This document shows, in pieces, positions 1 through 9,762 of a DNA stretch of 64,000 bases; the first letter of the stretch is position 1; each line of letters starts with the position of its first letter. Origin of the DNA: Candidatus Kaiserbacteria bacterium (GTDB lineage Bacteria; Patescibacteriota; Minisyncoccia; Phycocordibacterales; Phycocordibacteraceae). Made by a program: the position numbers and the translations under genes. The DNA is taken from the NCBI GenBank assembly GCA_963813065.1, contig CAWEXP010000008.1:73289-137288 (forward strand), given 5' to 3'. Under the pieces are notes generated by a model that saw only the letters and a list, made by a program, of their open reading frames with translations, was not told the DNA's origin and made no database searches.

Positions 1-2536
1 GAGTGGTTGTGGCCAATTCGTCACTCGTACTCGCCACTTCTTGCTGAATCACCGTGGGAATAGAAATACTCCCGCTCGGCACTGACGAGGTTGGCGGCAA
101 GGTCGAACCGGCACCCGAGGAAGACCCGGTCGACAGCGGGGGAGGAGTATCGGGGACCGGCGGCACGTATGAAGTTATTGCGCCAATTTGCGGAGTAATG
201 CTGATAACATTCTGCCCGTCACCATTTTCGTCTACCGAGAGCGGGGAGGACGTATCGAGGCCATTTGAAATAGTGAGCGTTGCGAGAGTATTCGCAGTGG
301 TCGGGACATTCGCGATGGTGCTCGATGCGAGAATTGAATCGTCGTCACTGAGCTCCTGCAGATCAATTGAGAAAGTTCCGTCGGCGAGACCATTCATCTT
401 CAGCGTGTACTGCGGGCCCTCGGGGGCGATAATATATTTCACGTCACCGAACTGGTTGTAGGTCGCGCCGGGGATTTGTTCGTCGGTGGTGCCGTCTCCC
501 GCGGGGCCAGTATGGTTGCCGGTAGAGTCGTACAGGCCGAGGGTGAGTGGGGAGTGGAGGATGAAGAGAAGTTTTTTGCTCGCATCCAGTGTAGGAGGTT
601 CAGAAATGGTTATGTATTCTGGAAGTGTGCTTGTGCTATTTTCAATCAAATTAGTGACGATTTCTTGCGTTGGTTGTGCTTCAAGAATATTTTTGTGCTG
701 ATATGACGCGTGTTGGTCACGATTGTATTTTGCAAGATTGAGCCAGTAGTGCGTTACATCCATTGTTTTCGCCATCATTAGTGCGCTCGGGACGGGCACA
801 ACACTATCTCCATCCTCGGTGAAAATTGGGCGATACTCGCGAATGGGGTGTGCATCGTTCAGCGCGACTGCGGCGATTGGGGGGAGCGTATAGAAATCTA
901 TCCCCGCCACGGTGTCCACGCCCCAGCCCGCGATCTGGTCGACTTCGATGCCAGCAGGCGGCATCCAAGCGTCGAGGAGGCTGTGCTCGGCGTTGGTATA
1001 GGCGATCAGCGTCGGGTTAATCGGCGCGATGGTGGTGCCGAGGAGGAAACGGTCGAGCGTTGCTTGGTCAGAGATGGTAGAGCCGTAGGCTGATTCTTCA
1101 TTCTCATATGCGTCGCCCTCGAAACGAATGATGGGGTGGTGCGGATCGCCGGCGATGCTCGCGAGATACGCAGGAGAAGGGAGCAGGTGATACGCAACGG
1201 GCGCATTGAGCGCGAGACCTTGCGCCGTTTCTTCTGAGACGATGCGAGGGAAGTAATCGGGAATACCCTGGTCATAGCCGTAGAGGAGCGCACCGAGGTC
1301 GAGTGGTACGCCGGATTGCGGCACGCCGACAAAAATAACTTTATCCACCAAGGTCGAAGCTTCGGGGCCGAGCTCTTGCAAGAGCGCTTTCGCCACTAAA
1401 CCGCCATTGCTGTGTGCGACGATGGTTACTTTGCCAGTCTTCGAGCTTGCGGCGAGGCGGCGAAGCGTTTGTTCTATGTAGGGCGTGCTGGTCGCTTGGC
1501 CGTAATCGATGTGCGTACCGGTCTGGGCGCCTTTGGTGAGCAAGTCGTTGAGGGAAAGTCGCCAATCGTAGGCGACCGGCTCCCAGTCGTTGATGGTGCC
1601 GTTCTGTTTTAGCGTGTTCATCTGGCTGATGAAGGAGGCGTAATAGTCGGTGCCGCGCACCGAATCGACGAGCGAATCCTCCTTCGCGTAGACATCGTTT
1701 ACACTCGCGCCGCTCGGGTCGAGAAATAATTTTCGTATCGTGTCGTTCGCAGTGTTCCAGAGGAGCGAGGCCAAACTCTGCTCCGCGCCAGGTTCCCAGA
1801 GCTGGTTCTCGCAAGAGTCGTCGCCACACGAGCCCGCCTCATACAGTCGACTCCCTTCGATACCGGGCAAGAAGAGCACGTTCGAGACCAGTGGTGTCGC
1901 TGGCAGGGTAGGCGAGGTCGTAGCGGCAGTAACAGTGAAATTCGTCACGCCATAATAAAAGAGCGGGTCAGTTGAAGCGGGCCTCGGGCCCTGCGAGAAG
2001 GTTGACGTAACCCAGTCGGGACTCGCCATGCATCCTTCCATATAATTTGAATTGCACCCGCTGACGCCATTCGCCACGCGCATGAGATTTGATTCGTAAT
2101 AGACGGCCGAGTAGTTGCCGGGCTCAAAAAATTGAACCGACGAGGTTGCGCGCGGCTCTTCAGCACCAATGCCGTCATTTAATACGTCGCTCGAAAGAAA
2201 ATTTGCGTTCGAAAAAAGAGTTCCTTTGTAGAAGTCGAGGTGGTACGCAAGATTGGAAAAACTCAAGTCGCTGAGCGCATATTCATAATGGGTGAGTATC
2301 CCCATAAAATTGTTCTGGGGATAGTTGAACGTGACGGGGAGTACGGTATTGAGCGGAAGCGTCACCGTATCGCCATTAGAAATGGTCGTGCTCCCGATGG
2401 TGGTCTGCAATCCAAAGTTCGCGCACGGAGAGTCGGTGCCATCTTGGCAGGCGCTCGCGCGCGGCGGCACCGCGAGCGCGAGCAGGTAAAAAGAAAAGCC
2501 GAGAGCAATGAGCGTGCGAGCGCGCATTGCACACAT
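1..2536 (-). CDS. Secreted alpha/beta-hydrolase (lipase/esterase-like), partial; C-terminus runs off the window start
   Basis: Minus-strand frame is open from ATG (complement of 2534-2536) to the window start by hand translation. N-terminal signal peptide MCAMRARTLIALGFSFYLLALAVPPRASA. Nucleophile-elbow-like VTIVAHSNGG motif near 1380-1440. The frame is absent from the ORF track, consistent with no stop inside the window. The plus-strand ORFs listed here are antisense artefacts. Confidence 0.5.
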   Translation of the reverse strand, partial: MCAMRARTLIALGFSFYLLALAVPPRASACQDGTDSPCANFGLQTTIGSTTISNGDTVTLPLNTVLPVTFNYPQNNFMGILTHYEYALSDLSFSNLAYHLDFYKGTLFSNANFLSSDVLNDGIGAEEPRATSSVQFFEPGNYSAVYYESNLMRVANGVSGCNSNYMEGCMASPDWVTSTFSQGPRPASTDPLFYYGVTNFTVTAATTSPTLPATPLVSNVLFLPGIEGSRLYEAGSCGDDSCENQLWEPGAEQSLASLLWNTANDTIRKLFLDPSGASVNDVYAKEDSLVDSVRGTDYYASFISQMNTLKQNGTINDWEPVAYDWRLSLNDLLTKGAQTGTHIDYGQATSTPYIEQTLRRLAASSKTGKVTIVAHSNGGLVAKALLQELGPEASTLVDKVIFVGVPQSGVPLDLGALLYGYDQGIPDYFPRIVSEETAQGLALNAPVAYHLLPSPAYLASIAGDPHHPIIRFEGDAYENEESAYGSTISDQATLDRFLLGTTIAPINPTLIAYTNAEHSLLDAWMPPAGIEVDQIAGWGVDTVAGIDFYTLPPIAAVALNDAHPIREYRPIFTEDGDSVVPVPSALMMAKTMDVTHYWLNLAKYNRDQHASYQHKNILEAQPTQEIVTNLIENSTSTLPEYITISEPPTLDASKKLLFILHSPLTLGLYDSTGNHTGPAGDGTTDEQIPGATYNQFGDVKYIIAPEGPQYTLKMNGLADGTFSIDLQELSDDDSILASSTIANVPTTANTLATLTISNGLDTSSPLSVDENGDGQNVISITPQIGAITSYVPPVPDTPPPLSTGSSSGAGSTLPPTSSVPSGSISIPTVIQQEVASTSDELATTT

Positions 2537-2548
2537 GATACTATATGC

Positions 2549-2995
2549 ATGATGGAATATCAGGTTCCGCAGTTCATAGAAGTGGAGGATAAGATTGTTG
2601 GGCCGCTCACGCTCTCGCAATTCATCTACATCGCGGGTGCCGGCGGTCTCTGCATCGTATTCTTCTTCTATCTGCCGCTTATTTTCGCGCTCTTCTTCTC
2701 CGCGCCGGTGGTTGCGCTCTCTGCCGCGCTCTCTTTTTATCGCGTCAATGGCAAACCGTTCATCGAGGTGCTCGAAGCGGCGGTGAATTACTACACCTCC
2801 TCGCATCTCTTCATCTGGAAACACCAGGCTAAACCCGGCCCAGGCCCGGCCGGGTCGCCCGGCACTGCGCAGGACGCAGTGCTTAGGGAAAAACCATTGC
2901 GTGCCACGCCGCGACTCACGAGCGGGAAGCTCTCCGAGCTCGCGTGGCAACTCGACGTGAACAAGTCCCGCGCGCCGCAATCCTCACAATCCTGA
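2549..2995 (+). CDS. Small membrane protein, PrgI-like (T4SS-associated)
   Basis: ATG at 2549 (MMEYQVPQFIEV...). Hydrophobic segment LSQFIYIAGAGGLCIVFFFYLPLIFALFF. Position immediately upstream of the VirB4-like ATPase is typical of CPR/Gram-positive T4SS loci. The track ORF 2240.. begins at an upstream GTG inside the divergent lipase gene. Confidence 0.45.
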   Translation: MMEYQVPQFIEVEDKIVGPLTLSQFIYIAGAGGLCIVFFFYLPLIFALFFSAPVVALSAALSFYRVNGKPFIEVLEAAVNYYTSSHLFIWKHQAKPGPGPAGSPGTAQDAVLREKPLRATPRLTSGKLSELAWQLDVNKSRAPQSSQS

Positions 2996-2996
2996 T

Positions 2997-3638
2997 ATGG
3001 CTACCACCCCCGCCACCGCAACCCAAAATTTCGTCCCGGTCCGCGAGATTCGGAACGGCGTCATCATCCTCAAAGATGGAAGCTATCGCGGCGTGCTCAT
3101 CTGCTCCTCGGTCAACTTCGGGCTCAAGTCGGCGGACGAACAGCACGCCATCATCGGCGGCTTCCAGAACTTCCTCAACACGCTCGATTTCTCAATCCAA
3201 ATCGTCGTGAACTCGCGCAAAATGGACCTGCGACCGTACCTCGCGCTCCTCGCGGAGAAAGCGCCTGCGCAGAAGACCGAGCTCCTGCGCCTCCAGCTCC
3301 GCGAATATGAAGAATTCATCCGCTCCTTCGCTGAGCAATCCAATATTATGGTGAAGTCGTTCTACATCATCGTGCCGTACTCTCAACAAATCGAGATAGG
3401 GAAGAGTGCGTCGAGCCTCCTTTCGCGCAAACCGACGGCGGCCGCGAGTGCCGCGGCGCTCGACATCTCCTTTGAAGAAGACCGTGCTCAGCTCGACCAG
3501 CGCCTCGCGCTCGTCTCGAGCGCGCTCTCGGGCACGGGCGTGAGCGCCGTGCCGCTCGGTACCGAGGAAGTTATCGAGCTCCTCTATCGCGCCTTCAACC
3601 CCGGCGAATTGGAAAATCCCATCCGCCTCGACGCATGA
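2997..3638 (+). CDS. Hypothetical protein, T4SS-associated (possibly VirB4 N-terminal-domain-like)
   Basis: 213-aa ORF, co-oriented and 24 bp upstream of the VirB4-like ATPase. The intergenic gap is AT-rich (atttaaacatttaaacatttt). Confidence 0.35.
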   Translation: MATTPATATQNFVPVREIRNGVIILKDGSYRGVLICSSVNFGLKSADEQHAIIGGFQNFLNTLDFSIQIVVNSRKMDLRPYLALLAEKAPAQKTELLRLQLREYEEFIRSFAEQSNIMVKSFYIIVPYSQQIEIGKSASSLLSRKPTAAASAAALDISFEEDRAQLDQRLALVSSALSGTGVSAVPLGTEEVIELLYRAFNPGELENPIRLDA

Positions 3639-3662
3639 AATATTTAAACATTTAAACATTTT

Positions 3663-5483
3663 ATGTCACTCCTCGATTTTATTAATCGCAAGAAAGAAGA
3701 CACGCCGGAAATCGTGCCGATCTTGCCGAAGGATATTTATAAGCAGGGGGCGCTTGATCTCGTCGACACCATCGCACCTTCGGCGCTGAAGGTGGGTGCA
3801 CGAGAGATCGAGCTTGGGGAAAAGTTCGCCCGCAGTTTCTACACCATCTCGTATCCGCGATTCCTCGCCGACAGTTGGTTCTCGCCCGTCATCAACCTCG
3901 ACAAGGTGCTTGATGTCTCGATCTTCATCCATCCGGTCGAGACGCAGATGGCGCTCCGCAGTTTCCAGAAGAAGGTCGCCGAGGTACAAAGCCAGATTAA
4001 TGAGCGCGAGGCGAAAGGTCTCGTGCGTGACCCACTCCTCGACACCGCGTACCAAGATCTCGAAAGTTTGCGCGACAATCTCCAGCAGGCGCAGGAGAAA
4101 CTCTTTGATGTCGGCCTCTATCTCGCACTCTACGGCGATTCGAAAGAGGAAATTGACAAGACCGAAGGTGACATTCGCGGCATCCTCGATGCCAAGCTCG
4201 TCTACACCAAGCCTGCGCTCTTCCAGCAGGAGCAGGGCTTCCGCTCATGCTTGCCGCTTGGCACCGACGAGCTCTTGGTCAATTCAAAATTGAACTCATC
4301 GCCACTCTCATCAATCTTCCCCTTCGTTTCTTTCGACCTCACGAGCGACCGGGGAATTCTGTACGGTATCAATCGCCACAATTCGTCGCTGATTCTTTTC
4401 GATCGTTTCTCGCTTGAGAACTACAACTCCGTGACCTTCGCCAAGTCGGGCTCGGGCAAGTCGTACGCGACCAAGCTCGAGATTTTGCGCTCCTTGATGT
4501 TCGGCACCGACGTTATCATCATCGACCCCGAGCGCGAATACGAACAGCTCGCCGAGGCGACCGGCGGCCGCTCCTTCCATATCTCGCTCTCCTCGGAGCA
4601 CCACATCAATCCCTTCGACCTGCCACCCGTGCGCGAAGACGAGGACCCGAAGGATATTTTGCGTAACAACATCATCACACTCGTCGGGCTCTTCCGCATC
4701 ATGCTCGGCGGCCTCTCGCCCGAGGAGGACGCCATCATCGACCGCGCCATCAGCGAGACCTACGCGCTCAAGGACATCACCGGCGACGCCAATTTCACCG
4801 GCGCGGAGCCACCTTTGCTCGCCGACTTCGAGCAGGTGCTCTCGGGCATGGAGGGGAGCGAGTCACTCGTCCAGCGTTTGAGCAAGTACACACACGGCAC
4901 CTGGTCGGGCTTCATGAACCAGCCGACCAACATCGATATCAATCAGCAGTTCGTCGTCTTCTCGGTACGCGACATGGAGGATGAGCTCAAGTCGGTGGCA
5001 ATGTATATCATCACACACCATATCTGGAATGCCGTGCGCCACGAGCTCAAGAAGCGCCTCATGGTGATCGACGAGGCGTGGTGGATGATGAAGAGCGAGG
5101 ACACTGCCTCATTCCTCTTCACCCTGGTCAAGCGCGGTCGCAAATATTTCCTCGGCGTGGCCACCATTACCCAAGACGTCGAAGACTTCATGGGCACGCA
5201 GTATGGTCGCGCCATCGTCAGCAACTCCTCGATTCAACTCCTGCTCAAACAATCGTCGAGCGCGATCGATTCCTTGCAAGACGTCTTTAAACTCACGGAG
5301 GAAGAGAAATATCTCTTGCTCGAAGCGGGCGTCGGCGAAGGGCTCTTCTTCGCGGGATCGAAACACGTCGCGATCAAAGTCGTCGCGAGCTACACCGAAG
5401 ATCAAATCATCACCTCCGACCCATCGCAATTACTCGCGATAAAGGCCGAGAAGGATCGCTATGCCACCGCGGACAAGAAGTAA
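3663..5483 (+). CDS. virB4: VirB4/TrbE/CagE-family conjugal-transfer ATPase
   Basis: Walker A (FAKSGSGKSYATK) and the VirB4-type Walker B (LMVIDEAWWMM). 606 aa. Confidence 0.8.
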   Translation: MSLLDFINRKKEDTPEIVPILPKDIYKQGALDLVDTIAPSALKVGAREIELGEKFARSFYTISYPRFLADSWFSPVINLDKVLDVSIFIHPVETQMALRSFQKKVAEVQSQINEREAKGLVRDPLLDTAYQDLESLRDNLQQAQEKLFDVGLYLALYGDSKEEIDKTEGDIRGILDAKLVYTKPALFQQEQGFRSCLPLGTDELLVNSKLNSSPLSSIFPFVSFDLTSDRGILYGINRHNSSLILFDRFSLENYNSVTFAKSGSGKSYATKLEILRSLMFGTDVIIIDPEREYEQLAEATGGRSFHISLSSEHHINPFDLPPVREDEDPKDILRNNIITLVGLFRIMLGGLSPEEDAIIDRAISETYALKDITGDANFTGAEPPLLADFEQVLSGMEGSESLVQRLSKYTHGTWSGFMNQPTNIDINQQFVVFSVRDMEDELKSVAMYIITHHIWNAVRHELKKRLMVIDEAWWMMKSEDTASFLFTLVKRGRKYFLGVATITQDVEDFMGTQYGRAIVSNSSIQLLLKQSSSAIDSLQDVFKLTEEEKYLLLEAGVGEGLFFAGSKHVAIKVVASYTEDQIITSDPSQLLAIKAEKDRYATADKK

Positions 5484-6024
5484 ATCGCCGCCTCCGCCGG
5501 AGTGCATGACCTGGGGTGGGGCATTGCCGCTCCTAGTGATTGCTGGGATACTCGATGCGCTCCGCTATTTTTTTCTCTTCTTCTGGTTCTTCGGGCCGGC
5601 AATAGTTGCGTCACAAACGAATAGTGTCGTGGGTCTGGCCGTCGGCGTCTTTACGGGCCCTGCGCTCACCATCTTCGGCGTCATTATGTCGATTGCGGTC
5701 GCGATTGCCGGATTCCTCATCGTGTTCATCACGCTCGCCTTTACCGACTTCCGCATCTTCGAGCGCGAGACAATGGCGCCGCTCTGGTTCCTCGCTGGTA
5801 TCGGTGCCAGCCTCACCCTGATGACGTGGCGTCTCTACGCGACACAAATCAAGCAGGAAAAAGCAGAACTCAAAAAATGGGAGGCGCAGTATGCGGCCAC
5901 GAGTCAGCGCGACCGCACCGCCCAAGTTGCGTATCTTAATGCCCAGAGAGCCGCACAACAACAAGAAGCCGAGAGTGAACAGGAAAACGAAATCCCCGAT
6001 ACCGAACCTGAACCCGCATACTGA
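5461..6024 (+). CDS. Polytopic membrane protein (T4SS cluster), start uncertain
   Basis: Several hydrophobic helices (LLVIAGILDALRYFFLFFWFFGPAIV, GVIMSIAVAIAGFLIVFITLAF). Overlaps the virB4 3' end. An alternative ATG near 5506. Confidence 0.4.
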   Translation: MPPRTRSKSPPPPECMTWGGALPLLVIAGILDALRYFFLFFWFFGPAIVASQTNSVVGLAVGVFTGPALTIFGVIMSIAVAIAGFLIVFITLAFTDFRIFERETMAPLWFLAGIGASLTLMTWRLYATQIKQEKAELKKWEAQYAATSQRDRTAQVAYLNAQRAAQQQEAESEQENEIPDTEPEPAY

Positions 6025-6050
6025 CCGCGCCGAGGATATATACTATAGGC

Positions 6051-7040
6051 ATGGCTCTCTCTCGTTCGCGAGGCATCCTCCTCATGGTCGCGGCCAGCGT
6101 TCTCGCTCTGCCGTTGTCTGCGTTCGCACAGTCGGCACCTCCGGCGTTCACCATCTCCGCGAGTCCGCAGTATCCCGTGCCCTATGGCACAGTCAGCATC
6201 GTACCCGCATCAAACCTTCTCGATCTATCGAGCGGCACCTTTGTCGTCTCAGTCAATGGTGCTGAAATCTATCGCGGTAATGCCCAGCCGGTGGCCGTCA
6301 CCCTTGGTGCGGGGGGTAGTGTGACGAATGTTACAGGAACTTTCATTACGGGAAGCACCAATTACAGTCAGCAACTTACTATCATCCCACAGGACGTTGC
6401 GCTCGTCGTCGAGCCCATCGCCTCGGTGCCACCCCTCTATCTCGGTAAGCCACTGGAGCCACTAGAGGGTTCCTCACGCATCGTCGCGGTAGCCAATATG
6501 CGCACGAAGGACGGTACCGCACTCGACCCAACCACGCTCTCCTATGCGTGGACCATCGATGGCACCGCTATCACCAGCTCCTCGGGCATCGGTAAGGCTT
6601 CGATAATCGCCGCGAGCCCGCTCCAGTACCGCGCGAGTACGGTCTCGGTAGTGGTCACCAGCCCCGACGGCACCCTGGTCGGCGGCGATTCGGTCGCGCT
6701 CAATCCACAGGAAGCAAGTGTGCGCCTTTATGCAAACAATCCACTCATGGGTATCCGCTTCGACCGCGCACTCGCCGGCGCTATTGCTCTGACCGGCACC
6801 GAGGAATCGCTCTATGCGGCCACCTACTCACTCCCGACGAGTTCGGGGAATCCGCTTCTCCAATGGTTCCTCAACGGCACCTCCGCACAATCCGGCGCAC
6901 TCATCACCCTGCGGCCGACCGGGCAAGGGGCTGGCACCGCGAACGTATCGCTCACGGCGACAGCCGGAGCAACAACCGCCTCAGCGAATCTCTCCCTCTC
7001 CTTCGGCTCCAATTCTGGCACTAACTTATTTGGCCTATGA
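6051..7040 (+). CDS. Secreted hypothetical protein
   Basis: Signal peptide MALSRSRGILLMVAASVLALPLSAFAQSA. Thr/Ser/Gly-rich, no recognisable catalytic motif. Confidence 0.45.
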   Translation: MALSRSRGILLMVAASVLALPLSAFAQSAPPAFTISASPQYPVPYGTVSIVPASNLLDLSSGTFVVSVNGAEIYRGNAQPVAVTLGAGGSVTNVTGTFITGSTNYSQQLTIIPQDVALVVEPIASVPPLYLGKPLEPLEGSSRIVAVANMRTKDGTALDPTTLSYAWTIDGTAITSSSGIGKASIIAASPLQYRASTVSVVVTSPDGTLVGGDSVALNPQEASVRLYANNPLMGIRFDRALAGAIALTGTEESLYAATYSLPTSSGNPLLQWFLNGTSAQSGALITLRPTGQGAGTANVSLTATAGATTASANLSLSFGSNSGTNLFGL

Positions 7041-8575
7041 AAAAAACACTTCTAGCCCTCGCGTTCCTGGCCATCGCTCCTGTCGCTTTTGCGGAGAACA
7101 CTTCTTTTAGCAATGCCGGCACGCTCGGCGCTTTCTGTGACGGTGCCACGTTCGGTTGTCAGACCGGACTCACCTGCGACACCACTGTCGGCGACACGAA
7201 CTACCAGACCTGCCAGACAGATCTCAGCGTCAACCTCAACACCACGCCGACCGGCGCGAGTGGTGGTTGCACCACCAACAGCACGGCAGCCCAATGCAAA
7301 AACGCACAGCTCAATTCCGCGATACAAAATGCTACCAATAACGTCGTCAACGGCACCTACACCTGCAAGCCTGCTTGCACCACCGGGTACACCTGCACGC
7401 CGGGCACCCTCGGTAATACCTGCGTAGCGAGCCAGCAGGGCATCACCCAGAGCATCCAGACTTCGAATAGCGCCCCTAATAGTTTTGTTCCGCTCGCGCC
7501 CATCCCCGGCCTGACCCAAGGCGCGACGAGCGATAGCTCGGGTATCGCGAGCTTCCTCAACAATCTCTATAAATATCTCATCGGCCTCGCCGCCGCACTC
7601 GCCGTCATCGAGATTATCTGGGGCGGACTCGAGATCGCGACCCAGGACTCGGTAAGCAAGAAGAGCGATGGACGGAAGCGCATCACCGACGCCGTGCTCG
7701 GTCTCGTACTCATCCTCGCGCCCGTACTCGTCTTCACCATCATCAATCCGAGCATCCTTAATCTCTCGGTGGGTATGCCGGCGCTCAATACGCCGACGGG
7801 GACATGGGCGGGTGGCGCCACAACGCCCATCGATCAAGGAGTCGCCTGCGCCAGTGGTACGGATTGTTCTGCCGCGACCCAACAATGCAATTCAGCGACG
7901 GGGCAGGACCAGTCGGCGAACAATGAGCCTCATGCGTGCCTAAAAACAGGAGGAACTATCGATACTTCAATTGCAAAAAACTGCGTTATGTATCTGACGA
8001 AAGTCCCTGATGTGTGCCCCGCAGACTGTACTGCGGCTGGGGATACGTATGGTATCGAGTGCACTGGAAATTCTGTTGCGAATGGCGCTGGCCAAGCAGG
8101 GTTAACTACTGCTCAGATTCTCGCGGGCGCGGATTCGCGATTTAACGGAAGCTATGACACACTTGTCAAGTTTACGGGGGTGGACGCTGTGCATCAAGCA
8201 CAGAACTATCCGTGTCAGGGGGGTTCGTCACAAACGCATCAGTCATTTGCTTGCACGGGATCCGCGACTGATTGTGTGTATGCGCTGTGCACCACACCTC
8301 AACTGACATACTTAGGAATACAAATCGGATCGGTTTTTACACCAAGCATAGAATCGAATACTAATTATATTGCCTATTCAGGCCAGTGCCAATCGATCAA
8401 AGACGATCTCTCCGCGGATGGTGCCACGCGAGCCGATGGTGTCACGTGGACCACTGTATTCGATAACGGTGCCAGCAATGCGCCGGCCGGAGGAACCGTT
8501 CTTTGTTCAACCACCCAAGCGGCGGGTCAAAAACCCCAGTGTGTACAAGTTACCGCTACTTGTAAATTGCAATAA
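7037..8575 (+). CDS. Cys-rich secreted protein with central TM hairpin (pilin/VirB2- or VirB6-like candidate)
   Basis: Signal peptide MKKTLLALAFLAIAPVAFA. Many Cys residues. Two hydrophobic helices (LIGLAAALAVIEIIWGGL, LGLVLILAPVLVFTIINP). 4-nt overlap with the upstream gene. Confidence 0.45.
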   Translation: MKKTLLALAFLAIAPVAFAENTSFSNAGTLGAFCDGATFGCQTGLTCDTTVGDTNYQTCQTDLSVNLNTTPTGASGGCTTNSTAAQCKNAQLNSAIQNATNNVVNGTYTCKPACTTGYTCTPGTLGNTCVASQQGITQSIQTSNSAPNSFVPLAPIPGLTQGATSDSSGIASFLNNLYKYLIGLAAALAVIEIIWGGLEIATQDSVSKKSDGRKRITDAVLGLVLILAPVLVFTIINPSILNLSVGMPALNTPTGTWAGGATTPIDQGVACASGTDCSAATQQCNSATGQDQSANNEPHACLKTGGTIDTSIAKNCVMYLTKVPDVCPADCTAAGDTYGIECTGNSVANGAGQAGLTTAQILAGADSRFNGSYDTLVKFTGVDAVHQAQNYPCQGGSSQTHQSFACTGSATDCVYALCTTPQLTYLGIQIGSVFTPSIESNTNYIAYSGQCQSIKDDLSADGATRADGVTWTTVFDNGASNAPAGGTVLCSTTQAAGQKPQCVQVTATCKLQ

Positions 8576-8580
8576 TTATT

Positions 8581-9762
8581 ATGCGCCGCTACCTCATCAT
8601 CTCTGCGATAGGATTGCTCGTTATTGGAGTCTTGTTTGCGGTATATGTGTATTTCTTCACGGGTGGATCTGGTGTCGCGGTCACGCCGAGCGGCACTCTG
8701 CCGGTGGCGGGGCAGGGGAATCAAACGACGAATACCGGCACAGCCTCAGGCACTACTAATCCAGGCACGCCCGAGAAGGTCTCGGCGCGCCTCGTGCGCA
8801 TCGATGCGGGGCCAGTGGTGCCGGGCGAAGTCGCCACGGATGTAGGTACAAGCTCACCAGACATCAACGTGAGCTATATCGAACGTGAGAGCGGCAATGT
8901 TTTTTCGTACCTTGTGCACACCGGCGTTTTGACACGCACCAACAACACCACCGTCCCGCGCCTGCAGTCTGCGCTGTGGCTCCCCGACGCATCCTTCGCG
9001 CTCGTGCAATATCTCTCGGGCGATATTTCAACCCTCAATACCTACGCTCTGCCGGCGACGAACACGAAGAGTGGATTCTTCTTGCCCCAAAATCTCTCGG
9101 GGCTGGCGGTTTCCTCTTCCGCGATCCTGGCGCTCGCTTCAGGCGTCAACGGTTCAGTCGCCGAGATCGAACACACCGATGGTACGCACGTCGCGCAAGC
9201 GTTCACGACACCTCTTTCTGATGTTCGCGTCGGTATTGCCGGTAAGAATTATGTCGCGGTTACTAAATCTGCCGCCACACTCGAGGGCGACGCCTACCTC
9301 GTCGACGCGAGTGGCCGCTTCTCGCGCATCGCCGGCCCTTTGATGGGCCTCTCGGCGCTCGTGAGTCCTTCAGGAAAGTATGCCTTCGTGAGTTACACCG
9401 GTGCTGGCACTCTAAAAACTGAGCTGGTAACCGTGGCAACGGGTGTAGCGCTCCCTCTTCCACTCACCACCATCGCCGATAAGTGCGTGTGGGCGGCAGA
9501 TGATTCTGCGGTCTATTGCGGCGTACCGACTTCTGTTCCCGCAGGTTACGCATATCCCGACGACTGGTACCAGGGTGCGGTTCATTTCTCAGACAAGATG
9601 TGGAAAGTCGATGTTGCAGGTCGGTATGCCGAGCTTGTGCTCGATTTCAGTTCCGCCAACGCTGGCTCGCTCGACGCGACGAATCTCGCCGTCGATCCGG
9701 CGAATTCAGTGCTCGTATTTCTCAATAAAAACGACGGCTCGCTCTGGAGCTATCAACTTTGA
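8581..9762 (+). CDS. Membrane-anchored hypothetical protein
   Basis: N-terminal TM MRRYLIISAIGLLVIGVLFAVYVYFF followed by a Thr/Gly-rich linker. Confidence 0.45.
   Translation: MRRYLIISAIGLLVIGVLFAVYVYFFTGGSGVAVTPSGTLPVAGQGNQTTNTGTASGTTNPGTPEKVSARLVRIDAGPVVPGEVATDVGTSSPDINVSYIERESGNVFSYLVHTGVLTRTNNTTVPRLQSALWLPDASFALVQYLSGDISTLNTYALPATNTKSGFFLPQNLSGLAVSSSAILALASGVNGSVAEIEHTDGTHVAQAFTTPLSDVRVGIAGKNYVAVTKSAATLEGDAYLVDASGRFSRIAGPLMGLSALVSPSGKYAFVSYTGAGTLKTELVTVATGVALPLPLTTIADKCVWAADDSAVYCGVPTSVPAGYAYPDDWYQGAVHFSDKMWKVDVAGRYAELVLDFSSANAGSLDATNLAVDPANSVLVFLNKNDGSLWSYQL

Noticed and set aside
54-1093. Plus-strand ORFs (54-461, 476-706, 826-1093 and others) at the window start
   Set aside because: They lie antisense to a long open minus-strand frame encoding a signal-peptide-bearing alpha/beta hydrolase. 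They are GC-rich spurious frames with no motifs.
2997-5483. VirB4 split into two ORFs by a frameshift
   Set aside because: The 24-bp gap has its own stop and an AT-rich spacer with a tandem atttaaac motif and a clean ATG. It looks like two genuine genes rather than a sequencing break.
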